DNA from: Lophium mytilinum
Lineage: Eukaryota
Assembly (NCBI GenBank): GCA_010093605.1
Contig: MU004191.1
Coordinates: 1,596,816 to 1,660,815, forward strand
Direction of reading: 5' to 3'
Length of the DNA: 64,000 nt
Shown: in pieces, positions 14,238-26,848 of the stretch
Layout of the letters: each line of letters begins with the position of its first letter
How positions within the stretch are numbered: the first letter of the stretch is position 1
Notes under the pieces: model-generated
Told to the model about the DNA's origin: nothing
Databases searched by the model: none
What the model saw: only the letters and a program-made list of their open reading frames with translations
Position numbers and translations under genes: made by a program

Positions 14238-15260
14238 GTGCGATAGGGGAATGGAGAGGCATTACGGAGCGGGTCGAACACCTTTCAACAGGTGATGGGC
14301 TCATGGGATGATTCAGACTGATATATTTCTTTTCGCTGTTTTAGGGGAACGGGGGTATTTCTTCAACAGAAACTGTAATGGTTACGAGGTTCGTTCTCTT
14401 TCCTTGTTACACTCATTTAGACGACGGATTCGAGTAGCTTGATATGACGACGATGGAATATACGGAGTTGATTCCTACGGATGCAATCGTCTATCCCTTT
14501 ATGATTGTCCCCTTTGTATGAGAGCAGCAGGTGACGATGCAGTGTTACGAATTCCCAGCACGGACGCGGCCGGCAGGATGAAGATCGACAAACGGGGGTT
14601 TAAAGTGGGGGGAGGTGCACAGTAGGGGTCCAGATTGTCAGGAACAGTCTAGCTTGGCTGTAGAAGCATGGTCCTGCTAATAAAATATGGTCGAAACGAT
14701 GCTCTGAGGGCGGCGCGGAATGAAACAGATTCGAGGGCGATAAGGCCCTTCCGTCGGGCTCAGCCACGCTCCCTATCTCTGCTGCGTCTTGCGAATCATG
14801 CACTTCTTCTTGGCAACGTGAAACGCTGTCACCCAATTTTGTCCACTCCTTTTCCACGGTTCGCCCAAAGACACCTTGCTTTTCTCCTGCACCTCGACTG
14901 AGTTATACAATTTACACGACTACCACCAGCCTCCACTCACTACGACTCTACACTCCCGCTATCGTGAAAATTCGAAATCGCCGCCCCCGCTTGACCACAC
15001 CATCCGCCCCGCCTATTACGACGACGCGTCGCCCTGCCTGAGGCCAACGCACGAACGCATTTGCCTGCCCGTCAAGCCCTCTCGGATCCAGACGTCAATT
15101 GCAAGTTCGGGGATCTGAAGTGCCTCATCCTTCCAGACTCCACACTCTCGGTCATCTTCTGGCGCAGAGTCTTCGACCGAACGACCCCATCCGTGCCCTA
15201 CTCGTTTTTCTTCCCCCAGAGCCTGAAGCCTGAAGCCTCTCGACCTCTTCCATCGCCCGA

Positions 15261-16428
15261 ATGACGACGGTCCAACTCCAGCGCCGGTACTCCTTTACCA
15301 GCAGCACGGTGCTCGACGGAACCGCAGTCACGAACACCTCAGCCGCAGTGCGATCTCCCAAAACGATAGCGCTTCAGCCAGTCGAGACGGCGTGCAACTT
15401 GTGCGAGAACCCGGGGGTGGGAGTTGACTTTGGTGAGTTGAGATCCAGGCAAACGACATCAAATGGAAGGACTGGGCTGACATTCCACAGGCCAAGACCG
15501 CAGGCCCCCAAAGCGAGACGCAACCCAACTCCCCTCTCCCAACGCAAACGACACACAATCCCTCCCAGCCAAGATCACGAAATTGGCACTAGAGCTAGAG
15601 CGGGACGTCGACGATGATATCGACAGCGGCTACAGCGACGACGGGGACGTGATACTGCCCTCGCCAATCCCTCTGCATCTCGAGTCCCACGACCGACTGC
15701 AACACCACCTCAACCTCCACTGCCACGAATCGCTGGAATTAGAACCCTATAATACTCCCCTCCTGCTCCCAGCAGTGCCAACCGCAAACCCGCCTCATCT
15801 ACTTTCGCTGCCGCCCGAACTTCGCGCCCAAATCTACCGCTACCTCCCCGACACCCTCATCTCCTCCCGCCCTCTGATATACTGCCTCTCCACCTTTGCT
15901 GGCCGCAAGCAGCACCCCCTCGCCGCCGTATGCCGTCAGATCCGCCAGGAGTCCCTTGCGTTGTTCTATGGTTACAACACGTGGCTCATAAAGCTGGAGT
16001 TCAAAATGATGTACGACGCCTTCCGAACGTGGATCCGGGATCTCGGGGACAACGCTGGCGAACTACGACTCTTGCAGATCAGCGTGCGGGGGAGAATGTT
16101 CAGGCCGGTTGTAGGAGGGACTACGGGCGGAGCGGGAAGTGGCAGCGGGACGGCGGTGTTCTCCACTGCGGGTGCGAGTGCGGGAGTCGAGTATCTCTGT
16201 GTTGATGGGGATGCGACGTTTAGGATTGATATGAGTGAAAGGTACGAGGGGGGCGAGGTGGAGGTGGTGCGGTGTGACGGGAGTAAAGCAGCAGGGGAGA
16301 GAGCAAGGGTCCATCTGCAGGGGCTGGTGGAGCCGCTGTGGAAGAAGAGGAGAGAGGGGAGATTGAGAGGGGCGGACTTTTTGGGGATGGTGGATTTGTT
16401 TCTGGGGTATACGGGGTGGTGGTGCTGA
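15261..16428 (+). CDS. F-box-like hypothetical protein
   Basis: Exon 15261-15432 and intron 15433-15490 (GTGAGT...GCTGAC...CAG) join in frame to the 15583 ORF. The product has LLSLPPELRAQIYRYL...HPLAAVCRQIRQESLALFYGYN. Confidence 0.8.
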
Positions 16429-17411
16429 CGAGGGTCAGAATGGGGTCGATCAGAAAAGGAGGGGAAGAGAGGGCTGAGCGTGTGGTTGAAGAGGAGAAGG
16501 GGGACTGCTTTGTTTGCGTTTTGGCGACATATATGTGCATCTTGCATGGCGCTTTAAGGAGTGAGAAATATGCTCAGGGTTTAGTGAAGCAGGTCGGTCG
16601 ATATCGTTTCACACGTAATAACTCTGAGATCTCTTCTCTCTAGTGTCAATCTCCCGGTCCTTGCAATCGAACTCAATCATCGAGCTTGAAGACTACTCAA
16701 GAGATGTTCCTCGTGTCTTAGCCAGCAAACAATCTTGAAACGTTCAACTGATACACTTCAATGAAGCAATCATCGGATCTTGTCGGCGAGTCTTCTTATC
16801 TAGTCACGCTTGTCTCGTCCAACTTATGTTGTACAGTCTGATCGCCCAGTAGTTACCCTCCTCCAGCCATGATCGTTCTTTCTTCAGTGCCTAGCACTCT
16901 TCACACTACGCCTTGGCAGCTGTGGCCCTCATGAAGACTACCCTCTACATCTTTTTTAACTTCACACGTCCACTAACGTCTAAGGGACTCCAATGCACTC
17001 TTGGAAATCGTCTGCGAAGCGTTGCAGCAACCCTTCACACGCTATCGCCTGTTATATCCGCTATTCTAATCGTTCTAGGCAGGAGCCTCTCACTTTCAGG
17101 CCTTGCAGAACTAACCAAGGCATTAGCTTCCGTCGCCCTCAATATGTCTGCTTCCCACCATCTCGTCACTATTGGTGCTTCTTCTACCCTGCCGGTACCT
17201 CCCTGGCATCCCAATGGCCTTGTCTTCAAGGCTACCAACAACCAGTCTGTTCACACCGCTTTTACAGTGCACTCTTTCCGCCATCAACCATGTCCGGACA
17301 CCTTTTTGCCGGACTCAAACGTCCATCAACACGCTGTCGAAGCATAGTAAGGGAATCAACAGAGTATTTGGAAAGCTTCTAACCTCGCTAGAGCCCTTCA
17401 GACGCCAACAC

Positions 17412-18050
17412 ATGTTTCTTGTCTTCCTCATCCTAGCCTTCGTCGTGTCCGCTGCCGACCCTCCCGCCGCAGTCGAAACTTCTTTAGCCCGTGCCATAGT
17501 TGCAATGGACTACGCTGGAGTTCCTGTGTTCGTCCCAATGAGGTATTCTGACCTCGCCGAGGAGATTACCCACAACTCGTCGCTTGTCAACTCTCTCCTA
17601 CGCGCTACCAACGCCACATGTGTTTTCTCTTCTTATGAGGACTTCGCCGCCTCTAATTTCACCGCCTCTAATTTCACCGCCTCTAATTTCACCGCCTCTA
17701 ACTTCACCGCCGTCCAACCCATTGCCTTTAGGCATATGTCAAGGAATACCACGTTCGATCGTCAGCTTCCCGGACCCTTCATCAGCGCCGCCGTCATCAC
17801 TTATGAGGACCTAAACCGGACCTGCCCCGACCTCTACCGTCATGCTGGCAAGTGTTCCGTTACAACATGCAAACCGTGTCGCGTTGCACTTTGCAAACCG
17901 GATACTAAAGAACCCTCGAATAAGGACATCGTGGAATTTGGCGTGTATGCGACGCAACTCGCTGTCATCGGCATTTCCATCCTCGTTGTCAGCTACATGT
18001 TCCTCCACTCATCCATGTCATACTGGCGAGGCCAGCAAGACCTGCGATAG
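17412..18050 (+). CDS. Orphan putative type I membrane glycoprotein with ASNFT repeats
   Basis: Signal-like MFLVFLILAFVVSA, eight N-x-S/T sequons, a Cys cluster and a C-terminal hydrophobic helix. No recognisable family. Confidence 0.5.
   Translation: MFLVFLILAFVVSAADPPAAVETSLARAIVAMDYAGVPVFVPMRYSDLAEEITHNSSLVNSLLRATNATCVFSSYEDFAASNFTASNFTASNFTASNFTAVQPIAFRHMSRNTTFDRQLPGPFISAAVITYEDLNRTCPDLYRHAGKCSVTTCKPCRVALCKPDTKEPSNKDIVEFGVYATQLAVIGISILVVSYMFLHSSMSYWRGQQDLR
17647..17711 (+). repeat. 15-bp tandem repeat (CCGCCTCTAATTTCA) x4.3
   Basis: Three identical units, one unit with a single change, and a partial unit. In frame, encoding ASNFT. Confidence 0.97.
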
Positions 18051-20557
18051 GTCGGTTCGCTCTGAAGCTCTGAGCTGTCCCTTCGCGCAAGGGCTGGTTT
18101 CCGCACTCTCTACTGTACACTTAGTCAAACTCTCTCGCTTATGACATACTTCGATCCAATCAAAACTCTTTATGCCGCTGTCTCCTTCATAACCTTTAAG
18201 GGAAAAGGCCCGAACGTGGTGTTATTGTGTTTGTACATGTCCATCGTCCTGACGCCGTCTGAGGTGCGTCAATACTGTCTCTGGGGTCGAAACGCAGTAG
18301 TACTGCTCACAAGCGCTTTCATTTTCGCGGCTCGTATCTTCGCGGGAACGATCCGGAACTTCATCCAGGGCTCTTCTATCTGACTAGAGGTCGCGCCTTC
18401 CAAGCTTTCTACGCAACCTTTCCGCCCTGTTTGTCCCCTTAAACAACGTTGTCGCCAGATTCACTGTTTTTCTCTGGGACTGACCAAAACTCTGCCGCGT
18501 AGAACGTAGTGAACTACCAGGGTCACTATCAACGCATCACATACTTGTCAAGCAACTATCCATTCGCTCGTCAGCTCAACAGCTCCATGACGCCCTCTAT
18601 CCCATCTGCACTCTACGTTTCCGCTATCTTCGTACGCATTTGCCGGGGTGTAAGGCTCTCCGACACGCTTTCAGAGAAGTCCTGAGCTGTGGGGGCTGTG
18701 GAGGGGATCGAGTGGAGAAGGAGAGGGGGGGTTTGTTATTTACCGCGCTGCATGTTGTCTTTCTTGATGTTTCTTCTGGTTCCTATGCTCAAGCCATTGT
18801 CAACCACGCGATTCCCATATGGTGATTCGACGCAGAATCTCCAGACTCCTTGTTCGATAGAGAAGAATGAAGAGACGGGGTGTACCCCTAGAGGATGAGC
18901 GCAAATGGTAGATCCCGTGAGGCGCGAGGTTGAGTGAGCTTTTCTGATGTTTTGAGTACGGCAACGGGTGTGTCGGCCTCTCTATCACTGTTTGAGATAC
19001 CCCAGCAAGTCTACTAGTCGCTCAAATACTGCTCTTGGATCAGCTCCTTTCTGCAAAATGAGTCCAGGCACCAACGAGTGGTCGAAAAAGGGGGGAATAC
19101 ACGTCCGATTGCTCACTGGTTACTTGCTGCTTCTGTATGCACTCATCTGTTATCCTACAGTGGAGCTTTCGATGCGTTAGTTTGCGGTGCGAGGCCATAC
19201 CTCTCGACGATGTTCGTCCCGTGAAAAAGTACTTCAATGCAGATCTACGCAAGCGTCTTGCGGGGGTATGGCTCCGTTTTCTTCCTTACGTGTAATAACT
19301 TGACTGAAAACCGTAGCTTATTCCAGTAAATAGGAAAGGCAGTGTCAAGATATGAACGGTAGAACACGGCCATGTTCCCTGTGTCCTAAGGACCCATGGG
19401 ATCTTCACCAAAAGATCCCAGATCCGCAGTCAGTCCTCCAGGCCTCTCTCTCAGCTCCTTTTTCGGGGCCATACCAGTCGCGAAAGTCAATCCCTCTCCA
19501 ATGCAACCGGTCGGCCATCCGATGATAGCGACCCTAGATTCTAAAGACGGAGCTCTACCTCACTCGAAACAAACCTCATCTCGTCAACAACATACCCGCT
19601 CAGGAAGTGATGTTGTTTCGATTCTGCAATCAAGCAGAAGCAGTTTACAAATAACAAACCACAGAACCATCCCTTCAAATACCCAATCCCGCGATACCCA
19701 AGCATAAAGCGCCCCCTTAATCACCAAGAGAGGCACACCCACCCCCGCCGCAACTCGGCCCCACCCGCGTCATATATATCCGCCACCACTCCCTCAAACA
19801 CAGTCCTCATGCCCGCGCTGCTGCGGTCGAGTCCGGCGCCGATGAGTTCCTGGGTGCTGTGGTTTGGGGGGTGCATGAGGTGCTATGTCACTATCACGGC
19901 TTTCGCGAGGCGCGCGGGAAGAGTTTTGGGGTTGCGGGGTTGCGGGGTTGTGTAATAAGGTGTGGATGATGGCGGCGGGGCTTGTGGCGGTGTTTGCGCG
20001 GTTGATGCGCAGATGGCGATGGTTGTGTGGGTGCCTTGGTCGGTGGTGGGGTGGGATGGGATTAAGTGTGGCGCTGGATAGGGAACGGGGGGAGGGGAGT
20101 GGGAGTGGGTGGGGACGGTGGTACGAATATTTGGGTGTTTTGGGCTGGGGGTGGAGGAAAAGGAGGTCGGGTTTTGATGTCCACGATGATGTGGCCCATG
20201 AGGATATGGCCTATGAAGGGGAAGACACTAGGCTAGGTAGAGGCAGCTGAAGGATTAACAAGTGCTCTTAGAGAGAGAGCCTTGGTCAAACGATTGTGAC
20301 GAGAGTCAAGCTCTTGAGACTCGCTGGAAGGTGTTCGGATTGTTTTCACCACTCTCGGCAATACACATGGCACCTTCGTGGTTGTGGTCAAGCTGGTCTT
20401 GAGAGCTGTTTCGATAGCGATCACCGCTGTCGTTAGCACCGTGGCCTAGGATGAAACCAGCCCGCTGACGTTAATTAAGTCTCGAATGTGATACCGAACT
20501 CCGGGAGACACAAGAATTTGAAGTCTGGGTATCATTCTGTTGGTTGATTGTTACCGA

Positions 20558-21838
20558 TTACCATCTATTCGTGTGTTCACGGAAGCGGATAGACTGGTCG
20601 ATGCAAGCAGCACGCAAACGCTGCAAGTGCCCTTCAAAAGCAGGGATATGGTTTGCAGATTGAAGGACCTCCAGGTCCCGAAGGCTTTTCGGCAGCAGAA
20701 ATTGTTGGCCCTGCTGCGGGACGAGGACATGAAGGCTGATGCGGAGACTCTTCAGTTTGTGAAGACCTTCAAGTGAGCCAACATAGTTCCGGCGAGACCC
20801 ATGGCCAGCCCAAACGAGTGCAACCAATTTCTCGAGTGAGGTAGCATGCTTCTCCAGGGCTGATACAAGCAAAGACAACTCTAGGTCGAAGTGTGGATCG
20901 TGCCAAGGGTCACTAGCTTTGTACTTGAAGGATGATAGTGCTTTACATGATGAGATCATCGGAATTAAAGCGCTGCCGCTCTTTGCTTCGTCGTCATCTA
21001 TACGCAGGTATTTGATAGGCGAGGTTCCAGCTGGACAATCCCAGGAGGCTGGTCTAGGATATCCCTCAGCTTCCAGCTCTAGGGTGAGTAGGGCCGGAAG
21101 TCTGAAAAAAGGCCAGAGGTCGCCCACTGCCCTGGTTCCGAATTGAATTTTAAGCCGTTGCAATTTATTAAAGCTGTAGGTGTTACCGAGAATCTCATCT
21201 CTTTCGATATCGAAGAGAGCATGCCACGGGTATCTTTCCGGCGGCTTTTCAGACCAGCGATGTGGGGGATCGTTCAGGCTGAGGGTGAGGTCATTGAGAT
21301 TCGGCATATGAGTGAGCATTACAGCTAGTCTGACCTGTCCATCGCCCCTTAGGAACTCTTCCTCATATTCTGCAACCGGAAAAAGTTTTTGATTGAACTT
21401 CGCCAGGACACCTGGTTGCTCCCCAACCGGAAGGCCTAAGCTGTTCAGTGTCATATATTGGCCATGTCCGGGGCGGCAGCGAAACGTGACCTGCTTGGTG
21501 AGGTGAGCGAGCTCGGGAACTTCGGCGATGGTCCGCAAGAACATAAATAATGTTGCTACATAGGGTGCATGAGGCCGGGAATCGCTCAAGTCAGCGAATA
21601 TAGCCCCGTCGGATTGGCAGTAGTGTGCATATAGAAAGGGCGTCGCAATTCTATTGAACCTTCGATTGACTAGTACGAGACGGCTGAACCTCTGCTGGTG
21701 GCCTTCTCCCGCTTGGTAAGGTCTCTCATTGATGAAATTGCATATCTCTAGAAGTAGTTCGTCGGACAGATCGCTGATATTACGCGGTGTGCCCTTCCAT
21801 TGCTTTATATCTATTGGGACTGGTTCAGATTGCTCCAT
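20558..21838 (-). CDS. F-box-like protein with LRR-like C-terminal region
   Basis: ISDLSDELLLEICNFI...FSRLVLVNRRFNRIATPFLY, FLRTIAEVPELAHL, and LxxLxL-type repeats. Intronless, 426 aa. Confidence 0.82.
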   Translation of the reverse strand: MEQSEPVPIDIKQWKGTPRNISDLSDELLLEICNFINERPYQAGEGHQQRFSRLVLVNRRFNRIATPFLYAHYCQSDGAIFADLSDSRPHAPYVATLFMFLRTIAEVPELAHLTKQVTFRCRPGHGQYMTLNSLGLPVGEQPGVLAKFNQKLFPVAEYEEEFLRGDGQVRLAVMLTHMPNLNDLTLSLNDPPHRWSEKPPERYPWHALFDIERDEILGNTYSFNKLQRLKIQFGTRAVGDLWPFFRLPALLTLELEAEGYPRPASWDCPAGTSPIKYLRIDDDEAKSGSALIPMISSCKALSSFKYKASDPWHDPHFDLELSLLVSALEKHATSLEKLVALVWAGHGSRRNYVGSLEGLHKLKSLRISLHVLVPQQGQQFLLPKSLRDLEVLQSANHIPAFEGHLQRLRAACIDQSIRFREHTNRW

Positions 21839-22477
21839 GCTGATGGTTTATCGATGACTTAGTTGATAGGTGTGACATTGACGATATGGAGGATGTTGTG
21901 ATGTGGATGGGGAGGATTCCGAGAATGAAGGCGGCACGTAATAGTTGCGATGGTTTGACAAGGGGCAGATCCTAGGACGCCCGCGCCAAGTTCATCTCTT
22001 ACATACTTCACCCTTACTCTCAGCAGTCTCCCTCAACGAAATACGCCACCAAGTCATCATACTAGCTCTGAACTATATCGATTCGGAGTTAGAATATACT
22101 ACGACGACACCCCGGTGGAAGAACACGTTACACTGACTAGAGTATGGGCAGGACCTCTTCAGGTAATTGATTATTTCGCTACCTAGCACCGCTGACAGGA
22201 CAGGGAGAATTCTCATAGTATGAACCGTAGGCGTTACGAGGAGTTCGGTATACCGTAGGTCACTGTCTAAGCTATAGAATATCAAATTAAGGCAGTATCC
22301 AGCATTTCACGGAGTTGAAACGTTTCTTTGTACTGCCTCAGCGACGAAAGTATACTCTATGACAAAACCAATTTTGCTTTCCCATTTTCTAGAATCGTAT
22401 CGCCCGAAACCCATCAAACAACCCAACAAGCCTCGAACCAATGCAAATCCCCCTCAATCCTTGCCGGCCCCCAAAAA

Positions 22478-23488
22478 CTACCCCGTCCATCCAGTCTCCA
22501 TCTTCCACTTCTCAATGTCTTCAGCCTCCTCCACCTCTATCCTCGCCATCTCACTCTTCGTATGGCCAAACTCCTTCCCAGGACACCCCTCCATCCCACA
22601 CTTCGTCACCTCATACAACCACTCCTTATTCCGACACTGCCTGCCCGGACTATCATACCCATCAAACGTAAAATCCCCCGCATCAATGATGCTCACCTCC
22701 ACCGAGTCATCCGCATAGCACTCAATACTCTGCTTCAGATAATCAAAGCAATGCGGCCAATGCCCCCGATGCTCCGACACATCCGTGAACACCGAGTACC
22801 CAATCTTCTTCCCCTCCTGCAGCTGCTGGATCGCATGCCGGAAGCCCGCAAGGCAGTGCAGCTGGTGGAACATCGCGATGCCCGCCGGCCTCTCCTTCCC
22901 ATCCGCCCGGTTGCGATCTGAGTACACCAGCCCCCCGGCCGGACCCTGTAGTTCCTCCCACAGTTTGTCGTGGCTGTGATACACATCGCTGAAGTCGTAG
23001 TTGGCTGTGAACTGGTGCTCGTGCGTTTCGTAGCAGGTTACGTTTTTCCCGTCGTGCTTTTCTTCCCACGAGTGTGGGTTGTGGTTTTGCTGTTTGTGTA
23101 GGCGGAGACCTTGCGATACGGCGGTCGGCCCGTTGAAGATGAGGAAGACGTTGAGCAGACTCGACATTAGGAGGAGGAGGAAGAGTGGCGTGAACCAGCG
23201 CTCGGCGCTTGCGGTAAGGTGGCCCTGCTCGCGGGAGGGGAATGGCTCGTGGCCTTCTTGTTTGTGCTCGTCATTGGAGTCGTCAGGGCCTTGATGGCCG
23301 ACTTTGGCGTACTGGAAACGTTTGAGGAAAGAAAACATAGGGCGAGCGGAAGTGCTAGCGCGGGAGGCGGGGGCGTCGTCGAAAGAGTCGTGGTCGTGGT
23401 ATGGGGATGTTTGATCTAGTAAACTGCGGTCGCGGCCGGGGTCAATGTTTGCCATGCTAATAGTGCTACTCTTGCGCTCACGCATCAT
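22478..23488 (-). CDS. DUF3328 / UstYa-like oxidase
   Basis: Twin HXXHC motifs (MFHQLHCL and HWPHCFDYLKQSIECYADDSVE), an N-terminal TM segment and C-terminal QCRN. Confidence 0.93.
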   Translation of the reverse strand: MMRERKSSTISMANIDPGRDRSLLDQTSPYHDHDSFDDAPASRASTSARPMFSFLKRFQYAKVGHQGPDDSNDEHKQEGHEPFPSREQGHLTASAERWFTPLFLLLLMSSLLNVFLIFNGPTAVSQGLRLHKQQNHNPHSWEEKHDGKNVTCYETHEHQFTANYDFSDVYHSHDKLWEELQGPAGGLVYSDRNRADGKERPAGIAMFHQLHCLAGFRHAIQQLQEGKKIGYSVFTDVSEHRGHWPHCFDYLKQSIECYADDSVEVSIIDAGDFTFDGYDSPGRQCRNKEWLYEVTKCGMEGCPGKEFGHTKSEMARIEVEEAEDIEKWKMETGWTG

Positions 23489-24009
23489 AACTGAAGAATG
23501 GCGGTGATGAATGGGTTTTATGGCGGCGTAAGAAGGAATCAGAGAACTGGCTGGCTCGATTTACGCCCTGAATGGTTATTGAGACCTGTTTTGGGTTGAT
23601 GCTGGATTTGAACTGTCACGTGGCCGCCATGTGAGTGGTTGAGGGTGCTTTGTTCAACAGAGAGATGAGCGGGATCTTCGCATGTGGAATAGAATGAGAA
23701 CAAAGCTTGAGAAGGATTCAGGAGGCTCAATCTTAGAAATTAACGCTAGGCCAATTATATGAACTCTTTAACTTTGGAACTGATTTTGATATGATGTTGT
23801 TGCCTCAAGAGATGAGCTTCATGGTACAACGGATAGTGGTACAATGTATACAATAACCCGCTTTGGGATTAGTCCCAGACTTCCGATGGTTGGTGAGACA
23901 AAGGCTAATTCGCCCCCAAGCCCCGAATTACCTTTTTACCATGCAGAAAACTCGCTTTTCCATCCCAGCCATTATCATTGCCATGGTCCTAATCATCTCC
24001 TACTTGTAT

Positions 24010-24499
24010 TCAAACCTCCTTATCAACAGCAAACCTCTTCAAATCCTCCAAACTAATCTTTTCGAGCGCCTTCTCATTCGTCATATTCAAATAAACCCTA
24101 TCACCACATTAGCTCACTTCCTAAACAAACCCCAATCTCCCACCCCTCCACCAGGCTCACTCACTTCGGCACCACCTCCTCCCCCACCCCCTTCCCTCCC
24201 TTACTCGCCACCAGCGCCTCCTTCCACCGCGTCGCGCAGACACACCACTTGCACCCCCCCTTCAACCCAATACTCCGCAGATCGTTCCCCTGGCTGGCAG
24301 AGTAATCCAGAAACTCGTCCGACAGCACGGCCGCGACGCTGTGGTTGCCGCTGTCGCTGGGGGGCACCTCGCAGTAGCCGTTGCGCGTGAAGCCGGTCAT
24401 GGGTTGGGTGGAATGGAGGTAGAGGGGTTTGCGGAAGACTGTGGCTGTTAGTAGGAGAAGCAAAAAGAGTAGAAGATTAGTACCGTTTAGAGACGCCAT
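24010..24499 (-). CDS. DUF2237 family protein with N-terminal hydrophobic segment
   Basis: PMTGFTRNGYC...NHSVAA...FLDYSASQGNDL...KWCVCATRWKEA. Intron 24098-24164 adds the terminal exon VYLNMTNEKALEKISLEDLKRFAVDKEV*. Confidence 0.9.
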
Positions 24500-25000
24500 T
24501 CTTGAGAGGGAGGTCGGTGGTGGAATGGTAGCAATTTCAGCTATTATAGTTCAAATATATGTATTTGGTGGAACGGGACAGTGGCTTGAGAGCGATTTGT
24601 GGTTGATGCAAGTGGGAAGAGATAGGTGTAAGGAACCATGGGGAATGTCCTCTTGTTGATGAGATCACCGCTATAGGGCTGAAGGCGGTCCCGTCTATGA
24701 CGCATTGGAACGGGAACTAACTCATGCAGACTGGTGAACGGCGTGCCCCACCTTTCAGACGCCATCGTTTCTTTATTTCGTGACTATCCTTCATGTTTGG
24801 AACGCAAAATGTCCATGCTCCATACTACGAAGGTCTATTGTCAGGTTCTTGCTTAGTATTGATAACAACGATTTTATTCTTGAGTCTTAGGTGCGGATCC
24901 GAATGACCTACGAAATTCAATTCAGTCTAAAGTTCGAAGACCACTTATCCGCAACGCCATGCTATGCCAAACGCCTCAAACCATTTCCTCAGGGACACCC

Positions 25001-26848
25001 TCACCACACCCCCTTCACTCTATTCCCAGCCCAAACGATGCTCCTGGCAACTAACAACCCAGGCCCGGCAACGGTCTGCTTCCCAACGACGCCATCCCCA
25101 AGCTCGCCTCTCTTCTGCAAAATCGCAAATCTAAGCAGCACCTCTAAGCACGTGACGCAAATACTCAGGACAATGAGAATGATAATGATCCAGGTAATGC
25201 GGGTCATTTTCTTGTCGGAGATGGAGTCTGAGAGGATTTCGCCGAGGTCGAGGAAGACGCGGCAGCGTTCATTAAGAACCTGAATGCGGGGTTTGATTTC
25301 GAGGTATTCGCGGACGGCGGTGTAGAGAGGATGGAGCGTGGGTTCGGAGTCCCAGAAGAAGTTGGGCGTGTCGAGCATATTCGAGGCTGTGGGATGGTGT
25401 TAGTTTAGTTGATCTTGGTGGAGATGAGAGGGAAAGAAACAGAACGTACAGAGATTCACATCGACCCGGCTTGTGAAGAGTCGGCCGATCATCTTGACCA
25501 CCTCTCGTCTTGTCATGCCCAATTTGCCTGTCAGCGCCAGCCGACGTGGAATATACTGTGCTTGCAACATCGTCTTCGCCATTCTCTCTTCGAAAAAGCT
25601 GAGCTTCGTGCTTTGCGCAATAGCATGGCTCATAGCCAGCTTGATCATATGATCACTGCTCCTTAGCGTGATCATATCGTTGTAAACCCTAGGCCTTGGT
25701 ATATCCCCATTATACTCGAAATGGAACTCCTCCGTTTCGAAATCCGGTTCCTGCATTGGCCGGGTAACGAGCGAGATGCCCGTCTCGCTGGCCGAGAATG
25801 TGAGGTCCGCTAATATATCTTTCTCTTGTCTCTCCGTGAAATTCCAGAAGACAGCGACGCCGTAGGAGAACACGAACATCTCCCCAAAGGAGAGGGGGTC
25901 TGGCGGAATCCGAGTGTGTAGGCCATGTCCATCCGCAGTATCCGAATCTCGTCGCTCTCCCATATCCTCGAGACTCCGCGTCGGACTCCCTTCCCCATCT
26001 TCTCCCCCACGATAACTGTACTGCTCCGTCTCCCCAAAATACCCTTCATGGTACTCCCGATTCTCGTTCCTCTCGATCTCCTCATCTAGCACACTCTTCC
26101 CACCCGGACTCTTCAACACCGGGCTACTCCTAACCCTATACCCATCACTCCCCGGCAGCAACGGCAAGTGAAACACGGTATACAAGCAGTCATCATACAA
26201 CTTCGTCCGCGCATGATGCTGCGTCTTCACAAACTCCGCGGTCGACTTCATCTTATAGCTCTGCGCAGTACAATACGCCGTAACCCGCGCCAGCTTCTCC
26301 GTGCGTCTCGCTTTGGGTAGTCTTTCCGCATAGCTCTTATCCCGCAGCCCGCCCTTGGCAGACCGCTGTTCGAGCTCCTCATCCCGCGGCGGTCGTTCCC
26401 CGTCTGAGTCTGCGAAATCGCCTTTCTCGTCCTCCGACTCTAAGTCTGCTTCCGGGAGGAGGACGAGCTTCTCGCTGACCTTGCTGGAGCGGCTGGGTAT
26501 GTGCTGTGGAAGCAGGCGACCGGAGAGCTTAGGATCTAGCGGATGCAGGCCGCTTGGGGTACGCGTGTGGTTTTGAGGTCGCTGAAGGTGGGCGGGCGGG
26601 CCGCGACGCTGTTGCGAGGGGATCTCGGAGGCGTATTGGAGGATGTTATCGACGGAGATGAGCTTGGTGGTGGAGCGGCGCTGCAATGGGACGCGGGGCG
26701 GAATGCGAGGGGCGTCGCGGGTGTCAGTGACCTGGGGGTATGGAATGTTAGTTTATGCGGGTGGAAGTTTGAGATGGAAAGCTCTGGTGGTGCGATATAG
26801 ACGTACCAGGACGGTCGGACGCTTGCTTTTCGTCGTTGTGGTACTCAT
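25001..26848 (-). CDS. RMD8: DUF155 family RMD1/RMD8 (Sad1-interacting factor-like) protein, most like RMD8/Sif3
   Basis: RVTAYCTAQSY, FVFSYGVAVFWN, NDMITLRSSDHMIKLAMSHAIAQSTKL, SNMLDTPNFFW, YLEIKPRIQVLNERC and a C-terminal TM. Introns 26732-26806 and 25387-25449. The paralog assignment is from memory of motifs. Confidence 0.85.

Noticed and set aside
19790..20439. Pro/His-rich open frame on the minus strand with an acceptor-like site near 20211
   Set aside because: No convincing start exon or donor and no recognisable motif. It could be a gene remnant, but I cannot support it.
22073..22216. MRILPVLSAVLG... as a possible RiPP precursor beside the DUF3328 gene
   Set aside because: Unspliced it is 47 aa with no repeats. 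Splicing at the apparent GTAGCG...CTAAC...TAG intron hits a stop within a few codons.
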